DNA of 64,000 nt from a virus, in IMG/VR virus record IMGVR_UViG_3300031788_000007, positions 1 to 64,000 of that record. One strand, 5' to 3'. Positions 30,530-40,918 of the stretch are shown here, piece by piece. The stretch's first letter is position 1, and every line of letters starts with the position of its first letter. Under the pieces are notes generated by a model, which saw only the letters and a program-made list of their open reading frames with translations, was not told the DNA's origin and did not search any database. A program made the translations under genes and the position numbers.

Positions 30530-31132
30530 ATGGGATTGTCGAAGTCGGTTCGGTTTGAGGTCTTCGCAAGAGATGGGTTCACCTGCCAGTATTGCGGCCG
30601 GCGGCCTCCAGATGTGGTTTTGGAATGTGACCATATCCACCCTCAGTCGAAGGGCGGCAAGAATGATCTGACGAACCTTATCACATCTTGCTTTGACTGC
30701 AACCGCGGGAAGTCAGCTAAGGTAATCTCGGAGGTGGCGCCCAGGCCCGACGCTGATCTTGCATTTTTGAAGACACAGCAGGAGATTGCGGAGGTTCAGA
30801 GATTCCTTGAGGCGAAGAAAAGACAGGACGAGTTGAACGATCAACTCTGCGATGCGTTGCGGGACTTGTGGTGCCAATCTCTCACTCCAAAGAACGAGCC
30901 GAGCAACTTTTTACTCCTTCCCTGGATTGCGCAATACGGAGCAGAAGAGATAGCGGAAGCAATCAAAATTGCGACTCTTCCATATCTTCGTGGTCAGTTC
31001 TACGGATGTGATGAGTTTAGAAAATTGGTGAAGTATATTGGTGCCGTGATGCGCAACCGAAAGAAAGAACCGGAAAAGTGGGGGGTTGACGTAAGCAAAG
31101 ACAAGGAACAATCTGAAGTAGGGACCATGTGA
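30530..31132 (+). CDS. HNH endonuclease-domain protein
   Basis: RFEVFARDGFTCQYCG...DHIHP..GG...NL...C..CN.GK. Confidence 0.9.
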   Translation: MGLSKSVRFEVFARDGFTCQYCGRRPPDVVLECDHIHPQSKGGKNDLTNLITSCFDCNRGKSAKVISEVAPRPDADLAFLKTQQEIAEVQRFLEAKKRQDELNDQLCDALRDLWCQSLTPKNEPSNFLLLPWIAQYGAEEIAEAIKIATLPYLRGQFYGCDEFRKLVKYIGAVMRNRKKEPEKWGVDVSKDKEQSEVGTM

Positions 31133-31206
31133 AGCCTAGCGCAGCGGAGAAAAAGCATGGCGTGTTGAATACGCGCAACCATAGAGGAAAAGAGGAGGAT
31201 TGTTCA

Positions 31207-33277
31207 ATGGTGGGAAAAGAGAAAAGATTACCGGAGCATCCAAGAGCAAAGTGCATCCATCACGGCGAGATATTCATAGTCGTCGCGTGGGATGCTTTCT
31301 TTGCGGTCGGGCCGTTGCTTGGGCAGGGGAGCACGGCAGATGAAGCCTGGGAGAGCGCAGGGCGGCCTACGATGGCATCGGTGATGCCTACTGTTAACGC
31401 AGCGGTTCTCAGCGGAGAGCGGTATTTCAGGAAGCATCGGGGAAAGAGGTAGTTATGGCAATCACACTAAACTTCGCCTGCAACGATCCCGACAACGGGA
31501 ACTTTGTAGGCCGCTTCGACCGGATGGACTTAGACGCCGGGGATCTTCACATGGAGTTCGAGGGAAGTGAGACTTCAGTTGAGTTCGACTTCCCTACTCG
31601 TGGCGGCTATGGGAACGTCACGGTCGGAGAGAAGCAGACGACCTCGCTGGCATACAAAGAGTGGTATGGGAATTGGTGCTGGAATGCGGCGTCTTTTACC
31701 TGGGCGGAAGCGTTGGAGATCATCAACTATCTTGGCGCTACAGGTGAGTGGAGCATGACCGAGGGGCCTTGCTCTCTGTTTGATGCGTTCAACAAGCGTC
31801 ACAGGATTACACAGACGGAGTGGAAGACTGAGAACGAAGCGGGGAGGGTAGGCTGTGAAAGTTTGGATACTAGAACGCGACCATGAGCCGATCACGACGC
31901 TCCGCGATACCCCTGAAGGCACGGCTGCTGCTAGAAGTATCCTCAACAGCCTTCCAACGGGAGAGGATCACTACTACGACGCAGTTCTTTACGAGCGCAT
32001 TGAGCCGGGGCCGCGAGTCCAAAATTTGGAGTCACGATGATTACCTGCCGATACTGCGGAGAGAAGATTGTGCCGGATACCCGCGAGGGTTGGCTGCTCG
32101 ACATTCACCAGCCGGCGGGGGTGTTTAAGAGGGTCTGGGGCCGCACAGGAGGAATCTTCGGCTGGATGCACGCTCCGAAGACCGCGAAGGCCCGCCATTG
32201 CGATTACTGGGCCGAGGCTAGACCGAACTGGCGCCGGGCGCTCAGGGGCCGCAGGGAGAGGATAGGGAGGGTTTCAGCATGAAGATCAAACTAGAACTCG
32301 AAGACTTCCGTTTCGCCACGACAAGGGGAGCGACTTTCGGCGATGTCCGCTGGCTACTTGTGGATGTAGGAGGTAAGCCTTTTTCGGTGTACACCACGAT
32401 GAGCCCACAGCCATTTCAGTCGCCAGAGAAGAGCGAATACTACGACCGCCTGTTGATCGAGAAGATGGAGTTAATGCTTCGGATGGTGTTCGTGGATGCT
32501 TGTGCAGCGATACCGCCGGGGACGGCGATACTTGACGAGGAAGTGCGATGAGCGACGAGAGCATCCTTGGACTTCTCCTTCGGGCGCACAAAGATTGCTG
32601 TGCTCAGGCTTATGGGGAAGAGTTTATCCACAAAAACGTCAGCGCTATGTGCTGTTACCAACAGGCGGCACAGAGCATCGAGTCTGCAATCAAGTCGGTA
32701 TTCATGGCTCAAGCTCACGTGATTGCCGACAAGAAGCCGAGGGGGTGACAATGAGCAACTGGGTCTATGACAAGTGGATGGAGCCGAAGGTGGTCAAGAC
32801 GGAGATACTGCCTCCCGAGACTGCGCAAGAGCGGGCGTACCGCGATCCCATGTACTTCGCAAAGCACTATCTGCTTGGCGAGTGGCCGGTCAACGATGCC
32901 GTCTACAGCCGCGAGGAAGTGGAGAAAATGGTGAATCGGGGAGAGATTTTCCCAGCGCGGGCGGATGAGTTGCTGCGGCTTCGCTACGAGGTTAAGCGCA
33001 AGGGAGAGAAGGTGCAGGTATGCGAAAAGTAAGGATCACAGCAATGGGGCCTTTGGGTTGGAAGGACACAGAGGACATCTTCGAGGAGGACGATTTGGTT
33101 CTTATCTCGAACGGTCGAGTGAAGCCGGTTCGTCAGTTGCGGGAGGGGGAAGTTCTGGTACGGTTCAACGGCCAGCCGGGGACTCCGCAGTGGTGGACGG
33201 TGATGAAGATGGAGTGGTTGAGGAGGGATCATCATAGAAGTCATCTTGACAAACCATCTTTGGGGACGGACACTTAA
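31207..33277 (+). CDS. run of small hypothetical genes (~31207-31452, 31455-31886, 31855-32040, 32037-32282, 32279-32551, 32548-32748, 32751-33032, 33020-33277)
   Basis: Translationally coupled ATGA/GTGA overlaps. Confidence 0.6.
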
Positions 33278-33337
33278 ACCACGAAACGCGAAGCGCGACC
33301 TTGGGGGTCTTGATAGACCCCCGATTTTTGGGGGAAG

Positions 33338-34324
33338 ATGGGGAGGAAGTACATGGGGACACAGACACACAAAGTAGAAGTCGTGCGTATTCAGATCGAA
33401 GCGCATCCCAATGCAGATCGCCTCGATGTTGCCCGAATCTTTGGGTTTACCTGTTGTGTAGCCAGAGGCCAATTCCAAGACGGACAACTTGCCGCCTACG
33501 TCCAACCGGACTCGGTTGTAGACTCGGCGCGGCCGGAATTTGAGTTTCTAGTGGGGCATGAGCGCATCCGCGTGAAGAAGTTGCGCGGGGTGGTTTCGAT
33601 GGGACTCTTGCTTCCCGCTCCCGATGGAGCGCAAGAAGGCGACGATTTGGCAGAGCATTTCGGCGTTACCCACTATGAGCCTCCGATCCCTGGAGAACGC
33701 TGTGGCGAGGTCGAGGGCGGTCCTGTCGGCATCTGGGCTCCAAAGTATGATGTGGAGTCAATGTACCGCTATAAGCGCCTATTTGAGCCAAGAGAGCTTG
33801 TTGTAGCAACCGAGAAGATTCACGGAGCCAACAGTCGTTTCGTGTTCGCACAAGCCGAGGATCGGATGTATTGCGGAAGCCGCGGTGAGTGGAAAGCTCC
33901 GAACCCTGCTGACATTTGGTGGAAGGCACTTAAAACGAATCCTTGGATTGAGGAGTTCTGCCGCCAATTTCCAGGTGACGTGCTTTACGGAGAAGTGTTT
34001 GGAAATGTCCAGAGTCTCAAGTACGGAGCCGGGCCGGGAGAGGTGTTCTTCCGAGCTTTTGACGTGCTGAGAGGCAGCGCATGGAGAGAGTACAACGACT
34101 GGACTCAATACATCTCGGCAGATCATCGCGTCCCGGTGGTCTATGGTGGAGCGTTTGATTTCGACATGCTCGTTAAGTTATCAGACGGACCAAGTTTGAT
34201 ACCGGGAGCGAACCACTGCCGAGAGGGGATTGTAGTGCGACCTATCCCCGAGCGCATCCATGAACACCTTGGCCGCATCCATCTCAAGTTGGTTAGCAAC
34301 ACTTATCTGGAAAAGGAGAAGTGA
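33338..34324 (+). CDS. ATP-dependent RNA ligase (DRB0094-like, N-terminal OB-like domain)
   Basis: TEKIHGAN (motif I), YGEVFG, AFDV, REGIVV, LKLVS. Confidence 0.9.
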   Translation: MGRKYMGTQTHKVEVVRIQIEAHPNADRLDVARIFGFTCCVARGQFQDGQLAAYVQPDSVVDSARPEFEFLVGHERIRVKKLRGVVSMGLLLPAPDGAQEGDDLAEHFGVTHYEPPIPGERCGEVEGGPVGIWAPKYDVESMYRYKRLFEPRELVVATEKIHGANSRFVFAQAEDRMYCGSRGEWKAPNPADIWWKALKTNPWIEEFCRQFPGDVLYGEVFGNVQSLKYGAGPGEVFFRAFDVLRGSAWREYNDWTQYISADHRVPVVYGGAFDFDMLVKLSDGPSLIPGANHCREGIVVRPIPERIHEHLGRIHLKLVSNTYLEKEK

Positions 34325-35520
34325 TGGCACCTATTCCCCTCCTTCTTGTTAGCGACTCCCCTGCGGCCCCAACAGGGCTTGGCAGGATCACGCGAGAGCT
34401 TGCAGTCCGCATCCACGAGAACCTGGGGGACACCTTCCGGCTGGCAACACTGGGCTACGGGGGGAACTATTCCAGCCGCTTCAAGTGGCCGCAGTATCAG
34501 ATTTCCAGACTTGAAGCGTGGAGTGTTCCTGATCTTCCGAGGGTTTGGAAGGACTTCGCTGGCGACGAGAAGGGAATAATTCTGACCATCTGGAATCCTT
34601 CATGGTTGCCCTGGTTGGCCGATCCCGAGAAGTTGGCGCCGGGGACTTTGAAAGACTTCCTGAAAACGAAGCCGTTCGAGCGGTGGGGATACTTCCCCGT
34701 GGATGCGGAAGGCCCGAACGGGAAGCTGCCGGCGGAAGTGGAGATGGTAATTAAGGGGTTCGACAGGCCATTGATGTATACCCAGTGGGCCTCAGACCTT
34801 GTTGAGAATACGTGCGGCTTGAAGGTGCCTCACCTTCCTCACGGGACCGACACGAACATCTTCTATCCCCGCGACAAGAGGGAGATGCGGAAGACGTTCC
34901 TGCGGACGGTGAACGGCTTGGGAGAGCCGAAGGAAGGCGAGAACCCGATGCTGATGGCCGACAGCGTGTTCTTGGTCGGAGCGATTGCCACCAACAGCGC
35001 CCGCAAGGATTGGAACCTCTGCTTCGAGGTGTGCCAGGAGTTGCTTCGCCGCGGAGTCAACGTAGGTCTGTGGGCTCACACAAACGCTCTCAGCAAGCAC
35101 TGGAACATCATGGGGCTGGCGAAGGCTTACGGGATGGAGGGAAGGATCGTTCCAACGGTCACGGAGCTTACAGACGAACAGATGGCCGAGGCGCAGTGCG
35201 CTTGCGATGTGACGATAATGCCGAGTCTGGGAGAAGGTTTTGGACTGCCGATTTTTGAGTCCCTCGCGTGTGGTGTTCCATGTATCCATATCGACTACGC
35301 AGGAGCGGCTGAGTTTCTTCCAGACGAGTACAAAGTGAAGCCGGTTGCTTTTTATGGAGAGGGGTTTTACGCTAACCGGCGCCCTGTCTCTACCCCGTCA
35401 GATTGGGCAGACAAGATTCAAGCGGCATACGGAACTAAGGCGGAACTGCCGAGCAAGTTGACTTGGGAAAATCTGTGGCCGAGGTGGAAGGCGTGGCTTG
35501 AGGATGGGGTAAATGGGTAA
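34321..35520 (+). CDS. glycosyltransferase family 4 (GT-B)
   Basis: SDSPAAPTGLGR, PHGTD, PSLGEGFGLPIFESLACGVP. Confidence 0.92.
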   Translation: MMAPIPLLLVSDSPAAPTGLGRITRELAVRIHENLGDTFRLATLGYGGNYSSRFKWPQYQISRLEAWSVPDLPRVWKDFAGDEKGIILTIWNPSWLPWLADPEKLAPGTLKDFLKTKPFERWGYFPVDAEGPNGKLPAEVEMVIKGFDRPLMYTQWASDLVENTCGLKVPHLPHGTDTNIFYPRDKREMRKTFLRTVNGLGEPKEGENPMLMADSVFLVGAIATNSARKDWNLCFEVCQELLRRGVNVGLWAHTNALSKHWNIMGLAKAYGMEGRIVPTVTELTDEQMAEAQCACDVTIMPSLGEGFGLPIFESLACGVPCIHIDYAGAAEFLPDEYKVKPVAFYGEGFYANRRPVSTPSDWADKIQAAYGTKAELPSKLTWENLWPRWKAWLEDGVNG

Positions 35521-36328
35521 GATTATCGATCTTGAGGGTCAGAGGTTTGGACTACTTGTTGCTCGTAATCGAGCGGGTGTCAATAGGCATGGACAGTCTC
35601 GATGGCTATGCCTGTGCGACTGCGGGGAAGAGACAATTGTGGTTATTGGTAATTTACGCAATGGCATCACGAGGAGTTGCGGATGCTTGAAACACTACGT
35701 ATGCCAAACAAAGTTTAGGACGCACGGAAATTCAAGCGGTGGAGTAAAAACACGAGAATATACAACATGGAGAAACATGCGATCTCGCTGTGGAAATCAA
35801 AATAACACCGAGTGGAAAAACTACGGAGGTCGCGGAATATCTGTTTGCGAGCGTTGGGAATCGTTTGAGAATTTTCTTTTCGATATGGGGAAAAAACCGG
35901 ATGGGTTAAGCCTTGAAAGAGAGGACGTAAACGGAAACTATACCCCGGAAAACTGTCGATGGGCAACACCAAAAGAACAAGTAAAGAACAGGAGAGGAAG
36001 GACTAAATGTAAGCGAGGGCACGAACTAGTGAAGGGTAATGTCTATATCTCCGGTGGGACTCGACACTGCCGAAAGTGTGTTTTGGCGAGAACCTCCAAA
36101 TCCAAGAAACCAACAAATCAGGTTAAGGCTAGAGAATCGTTGGCTTGGGCTGTCAGGTCAGGAAAGATGAAACGACAACCATGTGAAGTCTGCGGAGATC
36201 CTCAATCACATGGGCATCACGAAGATTACAACCACCCATTGTTGGTATCGTGGTTGTGCCCAAAACATCACCTCGACAGACATCATCAACTGCGTCTCCT
36301 TAAGGGAGTGAATGGGGAGACACTGTAG
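35513..36328 (+). CDS. HNH-type homing endonuclease (free-standing)
   Basis: GQRFGLL..WLCLCDCG, YGGRGISVCERW, LEREDVNGNY.PENCRWAT; A-rich relative to neighbours. Confidence 0.85.
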   Translation: MGKIIDLEGQRFGLLVARNRAGVNRHGQSRWLCLCDCGEETIVVIGNLRNGITRSCGCLKHYVCQTKFRTHGNSSGGVKTREYTTWRNMRSRCGNQNNTEWKNYGGRGISVCERWESFENFLFDMGKKPDGLSLEREDVNGNYTPENCRWATPKEQVKNRRGRTKCKRGHELVKGNVYISGGTRHCRKCVLARTSKSKKPTNQVKARESLAWAVRSGKMKRQPCEVCGDPQSHGHHEDYNHPLLVSWLCPKHHLDRHHQLRLLKGVNGETL

Positions 36329-36331
36329 AGA

Positions 36332-37756
36332 ATGAAGATTTGCCTCATCACGCCGCCGTCTCCCTTCTTGCTAGATCAGCGAGTATTCCCCTCACTCGGA
36401 ATCTTGAAGGTCGCGGCGGTTCTGGAGCAAGCCGGTGTACAGGTGGACCATCTCGATCTAACCGGAGTGTCGAACTATGAAGAAGCTGCTAGGGAATATC
36501 AAGGAAATGCTGACGTTTATGCTTTTACCTCCACAACCCCGCAACTGCCAGCAGCTATTAGAATCCGCAGAGCAATTGGTGGACGAAGCGTGCTCGGCGG
36601 TCCTCATGCAACACTCGTACACGCCGCAGCAAAACGTGGAAATTCAAGAGCTAAATCGGCACTGGAAGGCTTGCTTGCGGAGTTTGGAACCGTCGTTGCT
36701 GGAGATGGAGAGAAGGCTATCTTTACGGCGCTTCACTCGCGGGGACTGGTAGACGCCGACGATCCGAAGGGCATCCTTTGGCAGTCGTCTAAAGACTTCA
36801 GCGAGTCACCCTGGCCGGCGCGTCACCTGCTCGACATGGAGAGCTACCACTACAGCATCGACGGCGCCAAGGCGGGGCATTGCATCGGGCAACTTGGATG
36901 CCCCTACCACTGCACGTTCTGCTCCGGCCGTAATTCTCCCATGTTGCGCCAGATCCGGCTAAGGACGCCTGACAGCGTTCTCGCCGAGGTTCGCCACCTG
37001 TATCAAACCTACGGCTTCACCGGAATCAACTTCTTCGACGACGAGTTGAACGTGAACCGGGAGATGATCCCACTGATGCGCGGCATGGCTTCTCTGGCAA
37101 AAGAATTGGGTATCGAGTGGAAGTTGCGCGGATTCATCAAATCAGAACTGTTCAACGAGGAGCAAGCGGAGGTCATGTACGAGGCCGGGTTCCGCTGGAT
37201 TCTGACCGGCTTTGAGAGTGGGTCTGACCGCATCTTGAAGAACATTCAGAAGATGGCCACCCGCGACCAAAACACCCGCTGTATGGAGATTGCCCATACT
37301 CACGGATTGAAAGTGAAGGCGCTGATGAGCTTGGGCCATGCCGGAGAGTCTCTTGAGACGGTGATGGACACCTGTAGTTGGCTATTGGAGACGAAGCCGG
37401 ACGACCTCGACGTTACGGTGATTACCCCGTATCCGGGTTCTCCGTATTGGGATGATGCAGTTCACCTCCGCGACAACGTGTGGCGATACACAGCCACCAA
37501 GACAGGCGACTTTCTCTACATGGAGGAGGTGGACTTCACACAGACAGCCGACTACTACAAAGGCGTTGCCGGGGAGTACGTGAGTCACGTCTGGACAGAT
37601 GAGTTGTCGCAGAAGGATTTAGTCGACTCTCGTGACTGGCTGGAGTGTGTCACAAAGGCAGAGTTAGGGATTGCCATGCCTACTAGCCAGCCAGCAATCG
37701 CTTATGAATCGTCGATGGGTATGACCTCAAAAATCCTTCGGAGTAGTGTAAAATGA
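36332..37756 (+). CDS. cobalamin-binding radical SAM enzyme (class B methyltransferase-like)
   Basis: N-terminal PSLGIL/GGPHAT/GDGE B12-binding pattern; GCPYHCTFC; FFDDEL; GFESGS; PYPGSP. Confidence 0.92.
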   Translation: MKICLITPPSPFLLDQRVFPSLGILKVAAVLEQAGVQVDHLDLTGVSNYEEAAREYQGNADVYAFTSTTPQLPAAIRIRRAIGGRSVLGGPHATLVHAAAKRGNSRAKSALEGLLAEFGTVVAGDGEKAIFTALHSRGLVDADDPKGILWQSSKDFSESPWPARHLLDMESYHYSIDGAKAGHCIGQLGCPYHCTFCSGRNSPMLRQIRLRTPDSVLAEVRHLYQTYGFTGINFFDDELNVNREMIPLMRGMASLAKELGIEWKLRGFIKSELFNEEQAEVMYEAGFRWILTGFESGSDRILKNIQKMATRDQNTRCMEIAHTHGLKVKALMSLGHAGESLETVMDTCSWLLETKPDDLDVTVITPYPGSPYWDDAVHLRDNVWRYTATKTGDFLYMEEVDFTQTADYYKGVAGEYVSHVWTDELSQKDLVDSRDWLECVTKAELGIAMPTSQPAIAYESSMGMTSKILRSSVK

Positions 37757-38367
37757 GGGCATCAGGCGTTGTAGCGCCCGACAAAAGTCACCGAGATAGG
37801 AGTCTCAGGATGCCCCATGACCAGTTTATCTTAGATCGTCACGAAGTATTCATGGAGAGGTTCTTGGCCAAAATTGAGGTCGTTGGTGAGTGTTGGCTAT
37901 GGATTGGAGCCAAACAGAATCCACGAAGAAGCCAGCCTGTCGGTTACGGAGTCATGGTTGTTTGTCCCCGTCCGAGATATGCAATGTTAGCTCATCGTTT
38001 GAGTTGGGTGTTGCATCATGGGCTAATTCCAGAAGGTTTGGGAGTCCTGCATAAATGCGATAATCCTCCGTGTGTAAATCCAGATCATCACTTTCTTGGA
38101 GATCAGAAGGATAACATGGAGGATTGCGTAACCAAGGGTAGGAAGGAATATGGAGAAAATCACTCTCGGGCTACGCTTACCGAGTCTAAGGTTTTGGAAA
38201 TCAGGAGACTCGCCGATTCTGGGGTAGGACTACCCGAGATTGCATCTCGGTTTAACTCTCCTCACCCCACGATTTGGGCCGTAGCTAAAAGAAAGTCTTG
38301 GAGGTATCTCCCAGAAGAATATTCGATGGGGATGGGATTACCACCGTCGATTCTAAGGACAACATGA
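37753..38367 (+). CDS. HNH homing endonuclease
   Basis: CWLWIGA, AHRLSW, VLHKCDNPPCVNPDH..LG..KDNM; C-terminal HTH-like segment. Confidence 0.9.
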   Translation: MRASGVVAPDKSHRDRSLRMPHDQFILDRHEVFMERFLAKIEVVGECWLWIGAKQNPRRSQPVGYGVMVVCPRPRYAMLAHRLSWVLHHGLIPEGLGVLHKCDNPPCVNPDHHFLGDQKDNMEDCVTKGRKEYGENHSRATLTESKVLEIRRLADSGVGLPEIASRFNSPHPTIWAVAKRKSWRYLPEEYSMGMGLPPSILRTT

Positions 38368-38903
38368 ACATTGAACGAGCACTAGCAACGGAAGGATTCA
38401 TGGCTGAAAGCGAGTTGACCTATCTGGCCGAGCTTGCCACAAAGTCAAAGGCCATCGCTGAGGTTGGAACGTGGCAGGGAAGAAGCGCGATAGCTTTTGC
38501 GGAGAATACTCGGGGGAGTGTTCTTTGCGTCGACACATGGGCTGACAACGCCTACGGTAGCGCCTCCGCTGAGATGACGTGCCATCCAAACTGGCTGTGG
38601 GATGCGTTCATGCGGAACACGATTGATCTGGGAAACATCCACGCATGGCGCATGAACTCGGTCGAGGGAGCGAGTAAGGCGAAATCGTTGGGGATGACTT
38701 TTGATCTTGTCTTCATCGACGCCGGTCACAACTACGAGGATGTTGTTTCTGACATCAAAGCGTGGAGTTCAATGCTGGCTCCCGATGGAGTCTTGTGCGG
38801 CCACGACTATGCCGAATATCACCCCGGAGTGATGAAGGCTGTCGATGAACTCGTTTTGAAGTTCAGAGTAGTGGGGACGATCTGGACCACGGAGGGTGCA
38901 TGA
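38364..38903 (+). CDS. class I SAM-dependent methyltransferase (Methyltransf_24-like)
   Basis: EVGTWQGRS, VDTW, DLVFIDAGHNYE, GGV-like GVLCGHDY. Confidence 0.9.
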   Translation: MNIERALATEGFMAESELTYLAELATKSKAIAEVGTWQGRSAIAFAENTRGSVLCVDTWADNAYGSASAEMTCHPNWLWDAFMRNTIDLGNIHAWRMNSVEGASKAKSLGMTFDLVFIDAGHNYEDVVSDIKAWSSMLAPDGVLCGHDYAEYHPGVMKAVDELVLKFRVVGTIWTTEGA

Positions 38904-39490
38904 GGTTTACGATCATCACCCCAACCGTTCAGCGCCAGAGTCTCCTGAAGGCTTGTGCGTCTGTGGATTCTCAGGTGGGAGTTGAGTGGGAACACGTCGT
39001 CATGGTGGACTCCGCAGAGTTTAATGCCGACATGATGCTCTCTCTCGCTCATCCCCGGAGGACGATTCTCCATTGCGACCGGCCGCATCGGAACGGAGGG
39101 AACACTTGCCGGCACAATGCCTGGGCTCTGGCGACCGGGGACTATTTCTTTTACCTCGACGACGACAACTACTTGGCCGACGAGAAGATTCTCGAAGACC
39201 TGTCGATTGCTTTGGAGCAGGCAGGAAACCCTCAGTGGGGAATCTTCCCGATCCTTCGTCACGGTCAGAGGTTCTATTTCAATCCCCCGCAGCCCTGCTA
39301 CGTTGACACAGGGAACGTCGTAGTGAGGCGGGAGGTAGGTAGGTGGCCCGACATCCCCGATTACTGCTCAGACGCGGTTTGGGTGGAGGGGTTGAAGCAG
39401 TATCCATTCGCGGCATTTCCCGATTCCAGGCCGATCATGGTGATGCCGGATTCTAGTTTTGGAGCAGGAGGAGGAATCAATGGGCAGTAA
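38900..39490 (+). CDS. glycosyltransferase family 2
   Basis: FTIITPT, EHVVMVD, ATGDYFFYLDDDN. Confidence 0.88.
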   Translation: MRFTIITPTVQRQSLLKACASVDSQVGVEWEHVVMVDSAEFNADMMLSLAHPRRTILHCDRPHRNGGNTCRHNAWALATGDYFFYLDDDNYLADEKILEDLSIALEQAGNPQWGIFPILRHGQRFYFNPPQPCYVDTGNVVVRREVGRWPDIPDYCSDAVWVEGLKQYPFAAFPDSRPIMVMPDSSFGAGGGINGQ

Positions 39491-40181
39491 TCCAGTTTTG
39501 ATCTTGACCCACAACTGCCTTGAGTTGACGAAGAAGTGCGTGGAGTCGGTGAGGAAGCAGGACGTTCCAACGTATCTCTGCGTTATTGACAACGGTTCTA
39601 CGGATGGAACGGTTGAGTGGTTTCTTTCACAAGGAGTTGATGGAGGTTTGTGCAAAAGTTTTGTGAGCAACGAGGGGGTATCGGCGGGGTGGAATGTCGG
39701 ACTCGAAATTTGTTTCAATGTGGATAAGGCGGATCATGTGCTTGTGGTCAACAATGACACGATCCTTCCACCATGGCTCTATCGCTCTCTGTTGGCCTAC
39801 GACGTGCCGTTTGTGACCGGGGTAAGTGTTGGGGAGATGGAGGCCATTGCAGCGCCACAGCCGCCCAAGGAACTCGCTCCGTGCCCTGATTTTTCGGCAT
39901 GGCTGATGCGCCGGGACTGTTGGGATAAGGTGGGAAGGTTTGACGAGCGCATGAAGCACTACGCCTCTGATAACGATTATCACGTCCGAGCGCACCGGGC
40001 GGGTGTTCCTTTGATGAACGCGGGAGTACACTTCTATCACGAGCGGTCTTCGACTCTGAAGCTGGCTCCTCCTGAAGAGCATCTGGAGATTTGCCGACAG
40101 GCAGACGCTGACCGGGAAGTTTTCAAGAGCATCTACGGATGTATGCCGTGGGAGCCGGGATACGCAGAGTTGTTCAAGTGA
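39480..40181 (+). CDS. glycosyltransferase family 2
   Basis: IDNGSTDGT, GWNVG, VVNNDT, VGRFDE..YASDND. Confidence 0.9.
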   Translation: MGSNPVLILTHNCLELTKKCVESVRKQDVPTYLCVIDNGSTDGTVEWFLSQGVDGGLCKSFVSNEGVSAGWNVGLEICFNVDKADHVLVVNNDTILPPWLYRSLLAYDVPFVTGVSVGEMEAIAAPQPPKELAPCPDFSAWLMRRDCWDKVGRFDERMKHYASDNDYHVRAHRAGVPLMNAGVHFYHERSSTLKLAPPEEHLEICRQADADREVFKSIYGCMPWEPGYAELFK

Positions 40182-40287
40182 AGAAGTTGAGACCGGGCAT
40201 CCTCCGTTGGTTGAAGTATCAGCAGGAGGGCAGGAAGATTTTCAGGGTGACGGAGGCGTACCGTAGGTTTATCGCCAGGGAGGGGAA

Positions 40288-40917
40288 ATGAATCATCCGA
40301 TAACGTGGGGAGAAGTGGTAACGGTCATCATTTGCATCTGGTTGGGGTTGCTTGTGCTTAGATTAGTCTTCGGAGTGATAGGAGCCTTGTTTATCCACCG
40401 GAAAGACATGAAGACCGACGAGGAAGTGGAAACGCATGAGCCATACGCAGGCAAGACTTTGGGCCTGTAGTCCAAAATTTGGAGTGACAAGGAGAGTGAT
40501 ATGGGAGATATGCGATGGTTGAGAATGGAGTGGGTGAAGCCGTTTCCGATAGAACGCGACGACGGATACGGGGGAAAGATCAAAGTGGGCGTCCAGATGT
40601 TGCGGGCGCTGAGAAGCGATGGGCAACTATTCGAGGTCCACGTTGAAGTTAATGAGGTTCCGTTCGATCTTACCGTGAAGCAGTTGAGGTTGACCCTAGA
40701 CGCCATGCTCGACAATCCAGCATTGCCGCCTTCGTTAGACGAAGAGAGCGGCTTGCCGATGACACGGAAGGTTCACTCAGAAACCTTCAAAGGGCAAGGG
40801 AATTGGTTCGAGGCGGCAGATTGGGATAAGTGGGTCGAGTGGATGAATACTTATACCCCAACCCCTGACAACTGGTGGCTATTCTCGTCATTTAAAGACA
40901 AGTTACGGGAGGCGTGA
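40288..40917 (+). CDS. small TM protein (40288-40470) and hypothetical (40501-40917)
   Basis: SD sites; separated by palindrome 40469. Confidence 0.6.
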
Positions 40918-40918
40918 C

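Noticed and set aside
37721-38331. Group I intron in the radical SAM gene (U at 5' site, G at 3' site)
   Set aside because: The HNH ORF fills nearly the whole interval and no P7 core was recognisable; free-standing insertion is more likely
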